Positions 56,101 to 64,000 of a DNA stretch of 64,000 nucleotides are shown here, in pieces. The stretch spans positions 434,001 to 498,000 of the forward strand of contig OZ025804.1 of the NCBI GenBank assembly GCA_964019425.1, given 5' to 3'. Source of the stretch: Flectonema sp. DT1601 (lineage: Eukaryota). Numbering within the stretch: the stretch's first letter is position 1; each line of letters starts with the position of its first letter. The translations under genes were made by a program, and so were the position numbers. Under the pieces are notes generated by a model. That model worked only from the letters and a program-made list of their open reading frames with translations, was not told where the DNA came from and searched no databases.

Positions 56101-59100
56101 GAGCTCTCTGATCCGACCGAGTCCGAGGTCTACCCCCTTGATCAGACACTGCGAGACTACGTTCATGTAGCACGTGTCCCCCCGGTTCTCTAGCCCCTCG
56201 AGGCACGACTTCGCCATTGGGGTAGTCCTCTCGAAGTGTGATGGTGCTACTAATGTCTCCTTTTCCGATTGTCTCCTTCCCATCTCTTCCGCAGTGTTCT
56301 GGGCGGGCCCTAGCACCCCCATATCCGACCAGTCCTGGCACGGGTCCATCATCTCCACGTCCAGTGCCGCTCCTTCCAACTTCTCACTCGGCACGTCTTG
56401 GCACGAGTCCTCCATCTCCACATCCCGGCCCAGGTCTAAGGGACATGTGGAGACATCCATGCATCCATGCGGTGCCGTGCCCCTCTCCACTCCGGCTTGG
56501 TCAGCAGAGTCCAACCGCTCAGCCAACGTGCTGTAATCCGCCATCCTCAGCGGTGTCGGTTTGTTCCGGTCCGATGGTGGCGGGGGCGCTAACTGTGTCA
56601 GCATCTCCATCCGCAGGGGGTTTAACAGGGACCGGAAGCAGGCTTCTGTATCAGGCGTTCGTCGGCATCCATTTCCCGGCGACGTCACTGGTATCTTGCT
56701 CTCCTTTAAATGGAGATCCGTCCTCCTCCCAATCTCCTCTGTGCTCCTCCCGGTGCTCCTCCCGGTAGCCACTCCCCCCTCAGGCGACATAATTTGACAC
56801 ACCGCTGGCTTGTTCTCTTCCTCGTCCAGCTGTAACCCGGCGTCCTCCTCCGCGGCCAGGGACACCTCATCCCCCAGTGTTCCCTCACGCAGGGCAATGT
56901 GTATCGGTAGGGTCTCCATTCGATGTGTTTTCACGTCTATGGCCGTCACCGATCGGTTTATTTCCGCTGCTGGCGGCAGTTGCAGCTCCCCCGCCAAAGG
57001 TGGCGGTGCACCTGACTCCGCTAGCGTCTCCCCGGCTGTGCTCTCCATCGTCGGTGCCCGCGGGGTGTGCTCCACCATGCCTCCTTTCACCACCAGCTTA
57101 GCTTCCTCTGACTTCGGGGGAACCTTCGATGGCTGTAGGTCGGTCCCCACTTCTACCCCCTCCGTGATCCCCACCGTTGTCACGTTCACCACGGGTGGCG
57201 CTCCTCGGCTTGCGGCAAGTGTCCTCCCATCACCGTCTGTTTGCATCAGGGCGCCCTCCCCCGTGGTCGGGGACACGTCATCCCACGTCGTTCCCTCACG
57301 CAGGGCGAAGTGTATCGTCGGGGCCCCCATGTGGAGCGTTTTCACGTCCGTGGCCGCCTCCGATCGGTTCACTTCCACTGTTGGCGGCAGTTGCAGCTTC
57401 CCCGCCTCTGGTGTTGCACCCGACTCCACTAGCATCTCCCCGGCTGTGCTCTCCATCGTCGGTGCCTGCGAGGTGTGCTCCAACATGCCTCCATTCACCG
57501 ACAGCATGGCTTCCTCTGACTTCGGGGGAATCTTCGATGGCTGGAGGTCGGTTCTCACTTCTACCCCCTCCTTGATCTCCACCGTTGTCGCATCCGCCAC
57601 GGGTGGCGCTCCCCGGCTCGCAGCAGGTGTCCTCCCACCGTCTACTTGCATCAGGGCGCCCTCCCCTGTGGTCGGGGACACATCATCCCACGATATCCCC
57701 TCCCGCAAGGCAGCATAGACTGGCTGGGGCCCCACTTGGGGTGCCCTCGTGTCATTGGTCGACCTCGGTTGGTCCTCCCTCACAGCCACCGTCTGAGGTG
57801 TCGTTACCGTGTTTGTCCGCGGCCCCAGGGCCACATTCCCCAGCATGGGTGCATGCGTCTCCAAAGGTGTATCCTGTGGTCCCGTGGGCGCCCCTAGGGC
57901 TCCGGCGTGCGGTGCGCTCTCACTAATCCCTTTGCTCAGTGGCGTTGTTCCCGTATCCGATCGTGACTCTAGCCGCGTCCCTTGGGCCAAACTTACCACG
58001 GTGGGCGAATGCGGTGTGGGCTCCGTTTTGTCCCCACTCACCAGCACAACCCCCTCCTCCGCAACTCGTGGTTCAGTGGACGGCACTGGGGCTTCGACGC
58101 GCATTGTACCTTCTCCAATCTCCTTGCTCTGTGGGTGATGCGCCACCTGCACACGTCCTGGCGCCGCTGTAGTCTCCCTCTCTCGCGACAACACGCTTCC
58201 CGTTTGTGAACGTGACGACGGCGACTCCGGCTCGGTCACTTCTGGAGGGGGTGGCTCCACTCTCGTGTATACCCAGAACAAGGGGTCTAGCGAGTCCAAT
58301 CCAGCCTCCACCACTGGGGAATCATCGCTCACCCTCAACCACCGGTCCTCCTGGGTCCTCACCAAGGCCACGGCATGCTTCACCTCCGAACTGCCCTTGG
58401 TCCCTCCCACACACCCGGTGAGCACGTAGACCCGCAGCCCGGCCGCTGTATCGACTCTGACCTCGGCCGCCCGCTCCAGGCGCCCCGTCGAGAAGATCAC
58501 TGGTGCCGTGTTCAGCATCCTCCACTTCACCGTGTACAATCGCGAGGGGTTCCTGCACTTATCGCAGATGGTTTCCCGCTGGGTCTTTTCCAACGAGACT
58601 CCACCCCGCAAGACCTGTGCCGCCTCGGGCATCTCCTTCACCATCAGTACGGTGAAGTCCAGCACCATGCGCTTCAGGGTCGCTCCACAGTCGCAGGTGT
58701 AGACTCCCTCCAGCCGGCTGCTGAAGATCTCTCTCAGGCAGCTCTGCCACGCTGCGCAGGCATCCTCCAGCCTACCCAGGACCAAGGTCAGGTAATCCAG
58801 TGGCGACCCACCAGCCATGGAGAAGCGTTCCACTTCCCGCTTCACCGCTCCTTTCTGCATCTCCTGCGTGTGTCTCGCAGATTCCTTCAGCAACGGCCCC
58901 AGGTCTGTGCTCCTTCCCACCATCATCTCCCACAGCGAGCACACGAAGCATCCTGTCCTGCACAGGGCGTGGCCTGTCCTCTTCATCTCCAGGAATCCCA
59001 TCAGCGGCGTGGACCAGGCCAACGAGGCTACCGTCGCTCCGGCGTAACAGGTCCCACCACCGTTCGAGAAGCCGATCGGTTCCGAGAGGGCCCACCTGCA

Positions 59101-62100
59101 GTCTTGCTTCCCGCCGACTACATAAGAGAGTAGCCTCTCCCTCGGCGCGGCCTCCTCCACCCGCCCCGCGTCGGGAGAACTATCTAGCGGCTTCCGGACC
59201 TCACTCTCGGACACCTTCATTGCCTGTAGGGCCGCCTCCAGATCCGCAACTTCGCAGGCCTCCAGCCCTTCGGGTTGATCCGCCGCCCACAGGTCCCAGG
59301 ACAGTTCCGCCTCCACCTGCTCATGCTGCGTGATCAGCGTTAGTTCCCCGTCAGGTGCCGTTACGTCTCCCCTGTCCGCCACCGCCCTCGCCCACGAGAC
59401 CGCCAATATCGTCGATACTTCCCTTGTCACTCGACACCACGCTTCCCTCGGTGTCGCCGATCTCATGGCAATCGCCCTCATGAAAGCCGCAGCCGCCTGG
59501 TTTGTCGCACCCTCTCTGGTGAACACCAGCGGGACAAAATTCACACCCTGCTCGGTGCATTCCCTCCCGTACTTCGCAATCTTCTCGCGCTCCTTGACTT
59601 GGATCGCCTGTCGGGCATCCTTGTGCGACCCTCTGCTCACGGAGGTCACGGTGCTCACTTCGAGTACGGTTACGTCGTAGGCGGTCAGCCCGACGTTCCC
59701 ACCCGCCACTGTTCCATGCGCCGCCGTTGTGAGCAATAGATCCGCGGGTTTGGTTCCCCCCTTCAGTAGCTTTTTCGGTTCGGTCTCCACCGCGAAGCCC
59801 ACCTCTCTGGCCCTCCCAGCTAAATAGTCGCGGATCAGGTTGTGCCTTATTATCGGGCTCCCTCCTGTCCTGCACACACCCGCGTGCACACCATGCGCGT
59901 CCAGTTTCGTCCCGCATCTGCGGCACAGCTGCCCGCGCATCAACACCTCCATGCCGAGCATGCCTCTCAGGGCCAGCCTCAGACTCTTCGGGTCTACCTG
60001 GGTCCCCTCCTCAGACGCCTCTGCCAGCCACGCTCCTGCCCTTGGCATCGAGGCCGCTCTGAAGTGGGCCAATAGCGACTTGTCCGAGCCCTTTAACTGC
60101 ATCAGCTTCCCGCGCAGGGTCTTGTCAATCCTCGCCGAGAGCTCCCTCTGACTGATCGGCTTCTCCAAGCTGAGGTCACCCAAGTCTGGTATTGAGGCCT
60201 TGAGAGTTCGCTGGACTCTTCCCCACTCATCAGCGTCCGCCTTGTAGTGTGGGTCAAACTCTTCGCAGAGCAGCCGGGTCGCGGTCATCGATGCCGCTCT
60301 ACCCGCAGCAGCATGTCTCACCGTGCTCCGCAACCCCACTCCACCTCCCCTGATCGGCAGTTCTACCTGCATCAACTCCTCCGCTCCCATCCCAGGTCCC
60401 ACAAAGCTCTCTAGGGTATCACGGATCGCGACGTCAAACTCCTCCAATCCCGCTGCCATGTCGCCCAGCCGCATGGACCTCATTAGGTAAACCATCTTAC
60501 CGAACGAGTGACAGTACCTCAGCTGGGTGAGCGCCGCGTGCCTATCTGGCATCCCCGACAACCGCGAACTCACCCCTCGCAGCTTCCCCACATAATCTCG
60601 CAGGTACTTGCTGCAATAACCGCTACTTCCCACTGGCAGCTTGAGGATCGTGAAATTGCCGTCGGGCGCCGTTTCTACTTCCGCCAGTTTGCCCGTCGGC
60701 TTTGTGCAGCCCCCCAAGGGTATGAAGCAGCATTTGGCTACCTTCACCTTCAGTCCCAGCTGTGCCGCTTCCTCCACCAAGAAGTCAAACGAATGCTGCA
60801 GGACTTCCACCCTCCCCATCAGCACACCATCGTCCAGGTACCATAGGCTGTTGTCCAGTCCCCTATCCCGCAGCTTATTCAGCAGGCATCTGATCCCTAT
60901 CGCAAAGAGCAGCGGCCCTGCAGGGTCTCCCTGCTGCGCTCCTTCCCGCGATTTGATCAGTTCCTCGTTGAAGAAGAGATCCGTCTCCGTCTCGTAGCAC
61001 CACAGGGCCCACGGTAGCAGTTCCGGTAACGCAGCCGCCAGCTCCTTCAAGAACGCCAACCTTGAGATGCAGTTGAAGGCGTTCTCGAAGTCTATCGTGA
61101 GGATCGCCTTCCCGCGTCCCATGTTCCTCGCCGCGTACTCCTTCACGAGGGTGTACATGACCTCGACGCCGCAGGGCACCGCCACCCCCAGCTGTCCTCC
61201 CGGCCGCAGTAGCGATGGGATCTTCGGCCTCACCTGGTGCAGCAGTGTCTTCCATGTCCATCTCCTGAGGCTCTCTCCAACTGCGATGGGACGGTAACCC
61301 ACCGGTTCCTTCCTGAGCGCGACCAGCCTCGCCCCCGCAATCAGGGAGGCCGCTTCCTTCGGCACTCTCCCTCTCGCGAGCAGCTCCATCGAGGCGCACA
61401 GCAGCGGTAACAGACCCTTCTCGCCTGTATCTAGGGCCTGTTTCAGCAGCTCCACGCTCAAACCGGACGGTCCCGCACCTGTGTCCTTCGGAAACTCCCT
61501 CAGGCACGTCAAAGCCAGCTCGGGGTCGAAGGTCACCACTCCAGTCCTCACCCCCACGACATCTTGATTCGGGTGTAATGGTTCCGGATGGATCTTCTGC
61601 ATGGCTTGCAGTACTTCCGCCGAGTTTGGGGCCAGCCCGCTGGAGACTAGGCATGCATTCGCTTGCGAGTACCTCCCCCTTCTACTCATGGCGCTGCACC
61701 TCTCGTATCTCTCCTTCAATGAAAGTACCTTGCCCTTCCCTTTGATCGCCTTGGTTTCCATGGAGCTCCACAGCTCCGTGTACTCCCCACGCATCCACTG
61801 TTCTAGCCTTGCAGTCGTCCGCACACGGTTCGTGACCTCCTCCTCCCCGCTCTCCACTCCCCTTCCCTTCCTTTCCACACGTAAACCCAGACAGGCCTTC
61901 GGGAGCATGTGCAACAGTTTCCAGGCCCCTACATTGTTGTCGGAGACCACTCTCTGCAGCACCTCCCTCAGGGCCCTCGCCCAGAGCACTGTTAAGCGGT
62001 CGTCCACCCTCTTGGGGACTCTCACGGGTGAACTCCCTATCTCCGCCCACGAGGGCAGCGTCTCCGCTCCCGGTGTCTCAGGCCCTATCGTCGGCTCTTC

Positions 62101-64000
62101 CGAGAGGTGCTCCCCAGCCTTGTAGTCTCCCAGGGACGCCTTCCGACAGCGAGGGTGCGACCCCGTCTTACTCTTCGTGAGGCCTCCACAGAACGCACAG
62201 GGTCTCGCGTCCAGGGCCCTCAGCTCCGGCTCCGACAGGGGTCTATCTGAGAGCAGGTGTTGCCTGGTCAGGTGCGCCATCAGCCCCGCGATTGAGTCAT
62301 ACCCGCTGTGCTGCTGCGCCCTTGACCTCGAGCAATCGCTCCGTGGGCAGAAGAAGGGTCCGTTCCCCATCGTACCTGCCTTCGCTCCCGTTCCCAGCCC
62401 CATCCGTTTGGCTGCTTGGTCAGGGTCCTCATCCGCCGCCCCGGTGATGTGGACCGCCTCGGCCTCGCCTTCTACCTGTTCCAACGACTCGCGCGACGCC
62501 CCCACTACCGCTTCGTAGTGGCTCCCTCGTAGGTGCAGCCAGACCGGCACGGGGTGGTCTCGGCTCGCGGGCAAGAACTTGCGGTGTCTGTCCCCCTCCG
62601 TCACCACGATCACTGTGTGCAAGAGATTCGCGGCCACTTGCAGGGTGGTATTGTCTCCCCAGGCTTTCGTCCTTACGCCCTGTGCGAAACTCTCCTTCGA
62701 GCTCCCGTCCGTGAACCACCGGTCTCCCTCAGGGTCAACCAGCAAGGCGTCCGCCACGTGTCCCCGCAGTCCCTGCGTACCGACCCTCGGATTCCAGACC
62801 TTCTTCGCCGTGAGGATCGCCCTGAACTGGCAGTCTCCGTTCGGCCTCGTCCGTGAAACCGTCACCTCCGGCCACTTCGACTTCAGCCTCCCCATCGCGT
62901 CCCCGCCACCCTCCGCACGTCGCGCTTCCGCTCGGATCAGGTTGTCGCACAGTGGGTGCGGTTCCCCTCCACCTCTGGCGCACTTCTTGCAGGGTTTCAG
63001 GTCCACCGCCTCCCACTGTTTCTCCGAGAATCCTTGCCCGTGCACCCCGTACACATGCTTCCGGAGGCCCGTCTTTGACGTGAACCTCTCGTCACACGCC
63101 GGGCAGCTCATCCCGCCACCCTCCATCTCATGCGGGCGCTGTCTGCACCCTGACGGGACCCTCATGCGGACTTCCGGGGCTGCCGGGCGTGTACCTTTCT
63201 TCAGAGACATACTTCTCCGCAGGCGCTCCCATCGTTTCTCGGCCTTTCTGTTCCGGGGGGCCGCCATGGGCCTCTCCCACACCGTTCGCCCCAGATCCTC
63301 CCTCTCCTCCACCTCAACCCTTCGGATCTGGTTCTCGTCAGGGAGGTACCGCCGGCCTTCTCGCCTAGCAAGACACGAAGGTATCAACAAGGGGAAGTAC
63401 CTTTCCGAACGTAGGGGTTCCCACCTCCGGGTCATCGTCAGGAGCGCAGTCGCCTTCCCCGTCAGGTTCCGGAGGGACTCCCAGCACTCGTCCACCAACA
63501 TATCTTCCGCGTCCGAACCGTATTCTGTCCGGTCCACACTCGCCCGGATGTCGGTTGCGCGGATATCGTCGGTCACTCCCTCCGCCTTCCTTACCGAAGA
63601 AGTTAGGCCTGTGGCTCTAACAGGTAGAGGATACACGCATTCACACCCCCAGATGCCACCTGTTTGCATAATCGGGCCATCGTACGCCCGTCCATCAGTC
63701 GTATACATCGGAGATCGATTCTTGTACCCATCAGACACACACGCCGTCACGGCCGCAAGCGTTGGGTCAACGCATACCTGCCCGTGCCCCAGGCCTCTCG
63801 AGCAGTGTCCATTATCCTCATCTAACGTGACACTATCGTCAAACTCACAGACCATCGGTTGTGTCAGAATGGAGGCCCAATCGTAGCATGACCGGGAACT
63901 AAGACCAAAGAAGTCAAGAGCAGCGATATCAAAACAGTGAGACGGGCAACAATCATTAATCGTGGTGACACTTCCAGGACCTAGTAGGTCGGTGACTTCT
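53075..64000 (-). mobile_element. Giant GC-rich RLE-type (CRE-like) non-LTR retrotransposon; 5' end not defined in window
   Basis: Single 10.7-kb ORF, A-tract 31 nt after the stop, abrupt compositional shift to high GC. Confidence 0.88.
53134..63855 (-). CDS. 3573-aa polyprotein: C2H2 fingers, OTU protease, RT, CCHC + restriction-like endonuclease, two USP (peptidase C19)-like domains, two RNase H1 N-terminal (viroplasmin-like) domains, C-terminal Cys cluster
   Basis: CPAC..H..H; NGDC..WG..HY; GAGPSG, YRPIAVGE, DFENAFN, GAQQGDPAGPLLF, YLDDG; CRRC..H..C, RHN, PAD..D..EREKIAKY; GFSNGGGTCY..H..DD; GLENRGDTCYMN..QQDAHE..GHY..ND; FYAIANGR..SW..FKGF, WYVVSRGRRPGCYATW. Confidence 0.9.
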   Translation of the reverse strand: MVCEFDDSVTLDEDNGHCSRGLGHGQVCVDPTLAAVTACVSDGYKNRSPMYTTDGRAYDGPIMQTGGIWGCECVYPLPVRATGLTSSVRKAEGVTDDIRATDIRASVDRTEYGSDAEDMLVDECWESLRNLTGKATALLTMTRRWEPLRSERYFPLLIPSCLARREGRRYLPDENQIRRVEVEEREDLGRTVWERPMAAPRNRKAEKRWERLRRSMSLKKGTRPAAPEVRMRVPSGCRQRPHEMEGGGMSCPACDERFTSKTGLRKHVYGVHGQGFSEKQWEAVDLKPCKKCARGGGEPHPLCDNLIRAEARRAEGGGDAMGRLKSKWPEVTVSRTRPNGDCQFRAILTAKKVWNPRVGTQGLRGHVADALLVDPEGDRWFTDGSSKESFAQGVRTKAWGDNTTLQVAANLLHTVIVVTEGDRHRKFLPASRDHPVPVWLHLRGSHYEAVVGASRESLEQVEGEAEAVHITGAADEDPDQAAKRMGLGTGAKAGTMGNGPFFCPRSDCSRSRAQQHSGYDSIAGLMAHLTRQHLLSDRPLSEPELRALDARPCAFCGGLTKSKTGSHPRCRKASLGDYKAGEHLSEEPTIGPETPGAETLPSWAEIGSSPVRVPKRVDDRLTVLWARALREVLQRVVSDNNVGAWKLLHMLPKACLGLRVERKGRGVESGEEEVTNRVRTTARLEQWMRGEYTELWSSMETKAIKGKGKVLSLKERYERCSAMSRRGRYSQANACLVSSGLAPNSAEVLQAMQKIHPEPLHPNQDVVGVRTGVVTFDPELALTCLREFPKDTGAGPSGLSVELLKQALDTGEKGLLPLLCASMELLARGRVPKEAASLIAGARLVALRKEPVGYRPIAVGESLRRWTWKTLLHQVRPKIPSLLRPGGQLGVAVPCGVEVMYTLVKEYAARNMGRGKAILTIDFENAFNCISRLAFLKELAAALPELLPWALWCYETETDLFFNEELIKSREGAQQGDPAGPLLFAIGIRCLLNKLRDRGLDNSLWYLDDGVLMGRVEVLQHSFDFLVEEAAQLGLKVKVAKCCFIPLGGCTKPTGKLAEVETAPDGNFTILKLPVGSSGYCSKYLRDYVGKLRGVSSRLSGMPDRHAALTQLRYCHSFGKMVYLMRSMRLGDMAAGLEEFDVAIRDTLESFVGPGMGAEELMQVELPIRGGGVGLRSTVRHAAAGRAASMTATRLLCEEFDPHYKADADEWGRVQRTLKASIPDLGDLSLEKPISQRELSARIDKTLRGKLMQLKGSDKSLLAHFRAASMPRAGAWLAEASEEGTQVDPKSLRLALRGMLGMEVLMRGQLCRRCGTKLDAHGVHAGVCRTGGSPIIRHNLIRDYLAGRAREVGFAVETEPKKLLKGGTKPADLLLTTAAHGTVAGGNVGLTAYDVTVLEVSTVTSVSRGSHKDARQAIQVKEREKIAKYGRECTEQGVNFVPLVFTREGATNQAAAAFMRAIAMRSATPREAWCRVTREVSTILAVSWARAVADRGDVTAPDGELTLITQHEQVEAELSWDLWAADQPEGLEACEVADLEAALQAMKVSESEVRKPLDSSPDAGRVEEAAPRERLLSYVVGGKQDCRWALSEPIGFSNGGGTCYAGATVASLAWSTPLMGFLEMKRTGHALCRTGCFVCSLWEMMVGRSTDLGPLLKESARHTQEMQKGAVKREVERFSMAGGSPLDYLTLVLGRLEDACAAWQSCLREIFSSRLEGVYTCDCGATLKRMVLDFTVLMVKEMPEAAQVLRGGVSLEKTQRETICDKCRNPSRLYTVKWRMLNTAPVIFSTGRLERAAEVRVDTAAGLRVYVLTGCVGGTKGSSEVKHAVALVRTQEDRWLRVSDDSPVVEAGLDSLDPLFWVYTRVEPPPPEVTEPESPSSRSQTGSVLSRERETTAAPGRVQVAHHPQSKEIGEGTMRVEAPVPSTEPRVAEEGVVLVSGDKTEPTPHSPTVVSLAQGTRLESRSDTGTTPLSKGISESAPHAGALGAPTGPQDTPLETHAPMLGNVALGPRTNTVTTPQTVAVREDQPRSTNDTRAPQVGPQPVYAALREGISWDDVSPTTGEGALMQVDGGRTPAASRGAPPVADATTVEIKEGVEVRTDLQPSKIPPKSEEAMLSVNGGMLEHTSQAPTMESTAGEMLVESGATPEAGKLQLPPTVEVNRSEAATDVKTLHMGAPTIHFALREGTTWDDVSPTTGEGALMQTDGDGRTLAASRGAPPVVNVTTVGITEGVEVGTDLQPSKVPPKSEEAKLVVKGGMVEHTPRAPTMESTAGETLAESGAPPPLAGELQLPPAAEINRSVTAIDVKTHRMETLPIHIALREGTLGDEVSLAAEEDAGLQLDEEENKPAVCQIMSPEGGVATGRSTGRSTEEIGRRTDLHLKESKIPVTSPGNGCRRTPDTEACFRSLLNPLRMEMLTQLAPPPPSDRNKPTPLRMADYSTLAERLDSADQAGVERGTAPHGCMDVSTCPLDLGRDVEMEDSCQDVPSEKLEGAALDVEMMDPCQDWSDMGVLGPAQNTAEEMGRRQSEKETLVAPSHFERTTPMAKSCLEGLENRGDTCYMNVVSQCLIKGVDLGLGRIRELPHVCDRLCTICILAGIAEGSGRAVSQMVPLGRVMAGLTRRGDGRGQQDAHELLLHLVDDIQRRAGAASPFSRMFACGMVVTTSCARCLNEKSMPQEERGLFVHRAAEIQEALSNLWLSVRVTDYVCDSCGERGHSTRRTELVAAPEILILCVAGRPGALPRIPLSEKVLLEPRDGATWYELGAVVVHQGISGVGHYVSFTCDEEGRWLHQNDRVERTASWREVQASTPHFMLLRRLKGRKAPRRSNSGGDLEPNETALTMPAPGSKVRESAGRFKFYAIANGRNGSGVVTSWGEAEPLVTGLRCAVFKGFNTMVEADAFIRGTDPGHRQATLSGLAQSMEWYVVSRGRRPGCYATWSEASLQVHSFPGGVAKRVEHSQSQRLRGPCSVAYLFFAGMNRAYLLESGGGAMLKQWSFNRLEGAGDPAMLVLMRAVRDILSSCGVLGKLGDVQAYGPLGGWEEGEWTQVEGMVQKASGAGISLKIADLPREVRHSAYEWCYGVPEGIPERKPMVSFPMVEMIPRPALGDRRGRVAEAVRTRPLAITQGPTKRRLGGRSPSDLKKTKSSDPRRDSMDGPAGAPSSHIASDGPPLAEAKETRQQGSDNAQQQNRLQEDPKPGSGRVTPDCEHRTGPEQAETPTGADSQPGRDKPPTESNAEETASAGGIEQQESESTQQEIKVHEDSKQETVTRLADGEAIPVLPDYELLQAEFEKGTATAEARAERGRQEEEVNVVKKPAEGTEPQESESAQQENNLLEDSKLATKTGSDDATPVLLEEGSSPRTVLDEQTAKDHAGDGMRLQRAVSSETSDSEMTCMDTDVTNSGDDDTSTCSAPSEDPPELGKCLCGDRWLPRNFRRRPLASNGWCNRCRRKRLKGTLMVNCSKCDFDQCCDLAALKAKLAKEAKKTKTKRRRAHDKARKGPAGADRDLLYLSSTDASSSGSKTLGNFARELVRRRSNRGRLRKQVFGNKRRVGTGSLTRSCSGNEEDDD

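Noticed and set aside
62579..63886. 435-aa plus-strand ORF and the many other antisense ORFs over 53-64 kb
   Set aside because: Shadow frames of a GC-rich coding strand; no recognisable motifs

Overview
Eukaryotic (protist) genomic DNA, most likely a euglenozoan such as a diplonemid. This is an inference from three things: every gene is on one strand, start codons are preceded by pyrimidine-tract/AG acceptors, and there is a 15-nt match to the euglenozoan spliced-leader 3' end plus at least one short cis-intron. 1-23 kb is a minus-strand gene cluster: two tandem multi-DOMON membrane proteins, an AlkB-like dioxygenase, eIF3a, an FHA + STE11-like kinase, a MYBBP1A/Pol5-like protein, an Asp-box protein, a methyltransferase and a tandem SnoaL/NTF2-like protein. 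23-27 kb is AT-rich intergenic DNA with small repeats and a MITE-like element. 27.4-64 kb is a polar head-to-tail chain of non-LTR retroelements with all A-tails pointing left. It contains fragments of three families, then four tandem near-identical ~6.48-kb two-ORF APE-RT-RNase H LINEs, then a giant GC-rich CRE-like RLE retrotransposon. The LINEs carry a spliced-leader relic upstream of ORF1, and one has a 159-unit TTTC run replacing ~1.95 kb. The giant element's single 3573-aa ORF carries an OTU domain, two USP-type deubiquitinase domains and two RNase H1 hybrid-binding domains. All domain calls are by motif recognition only; no searches were run.
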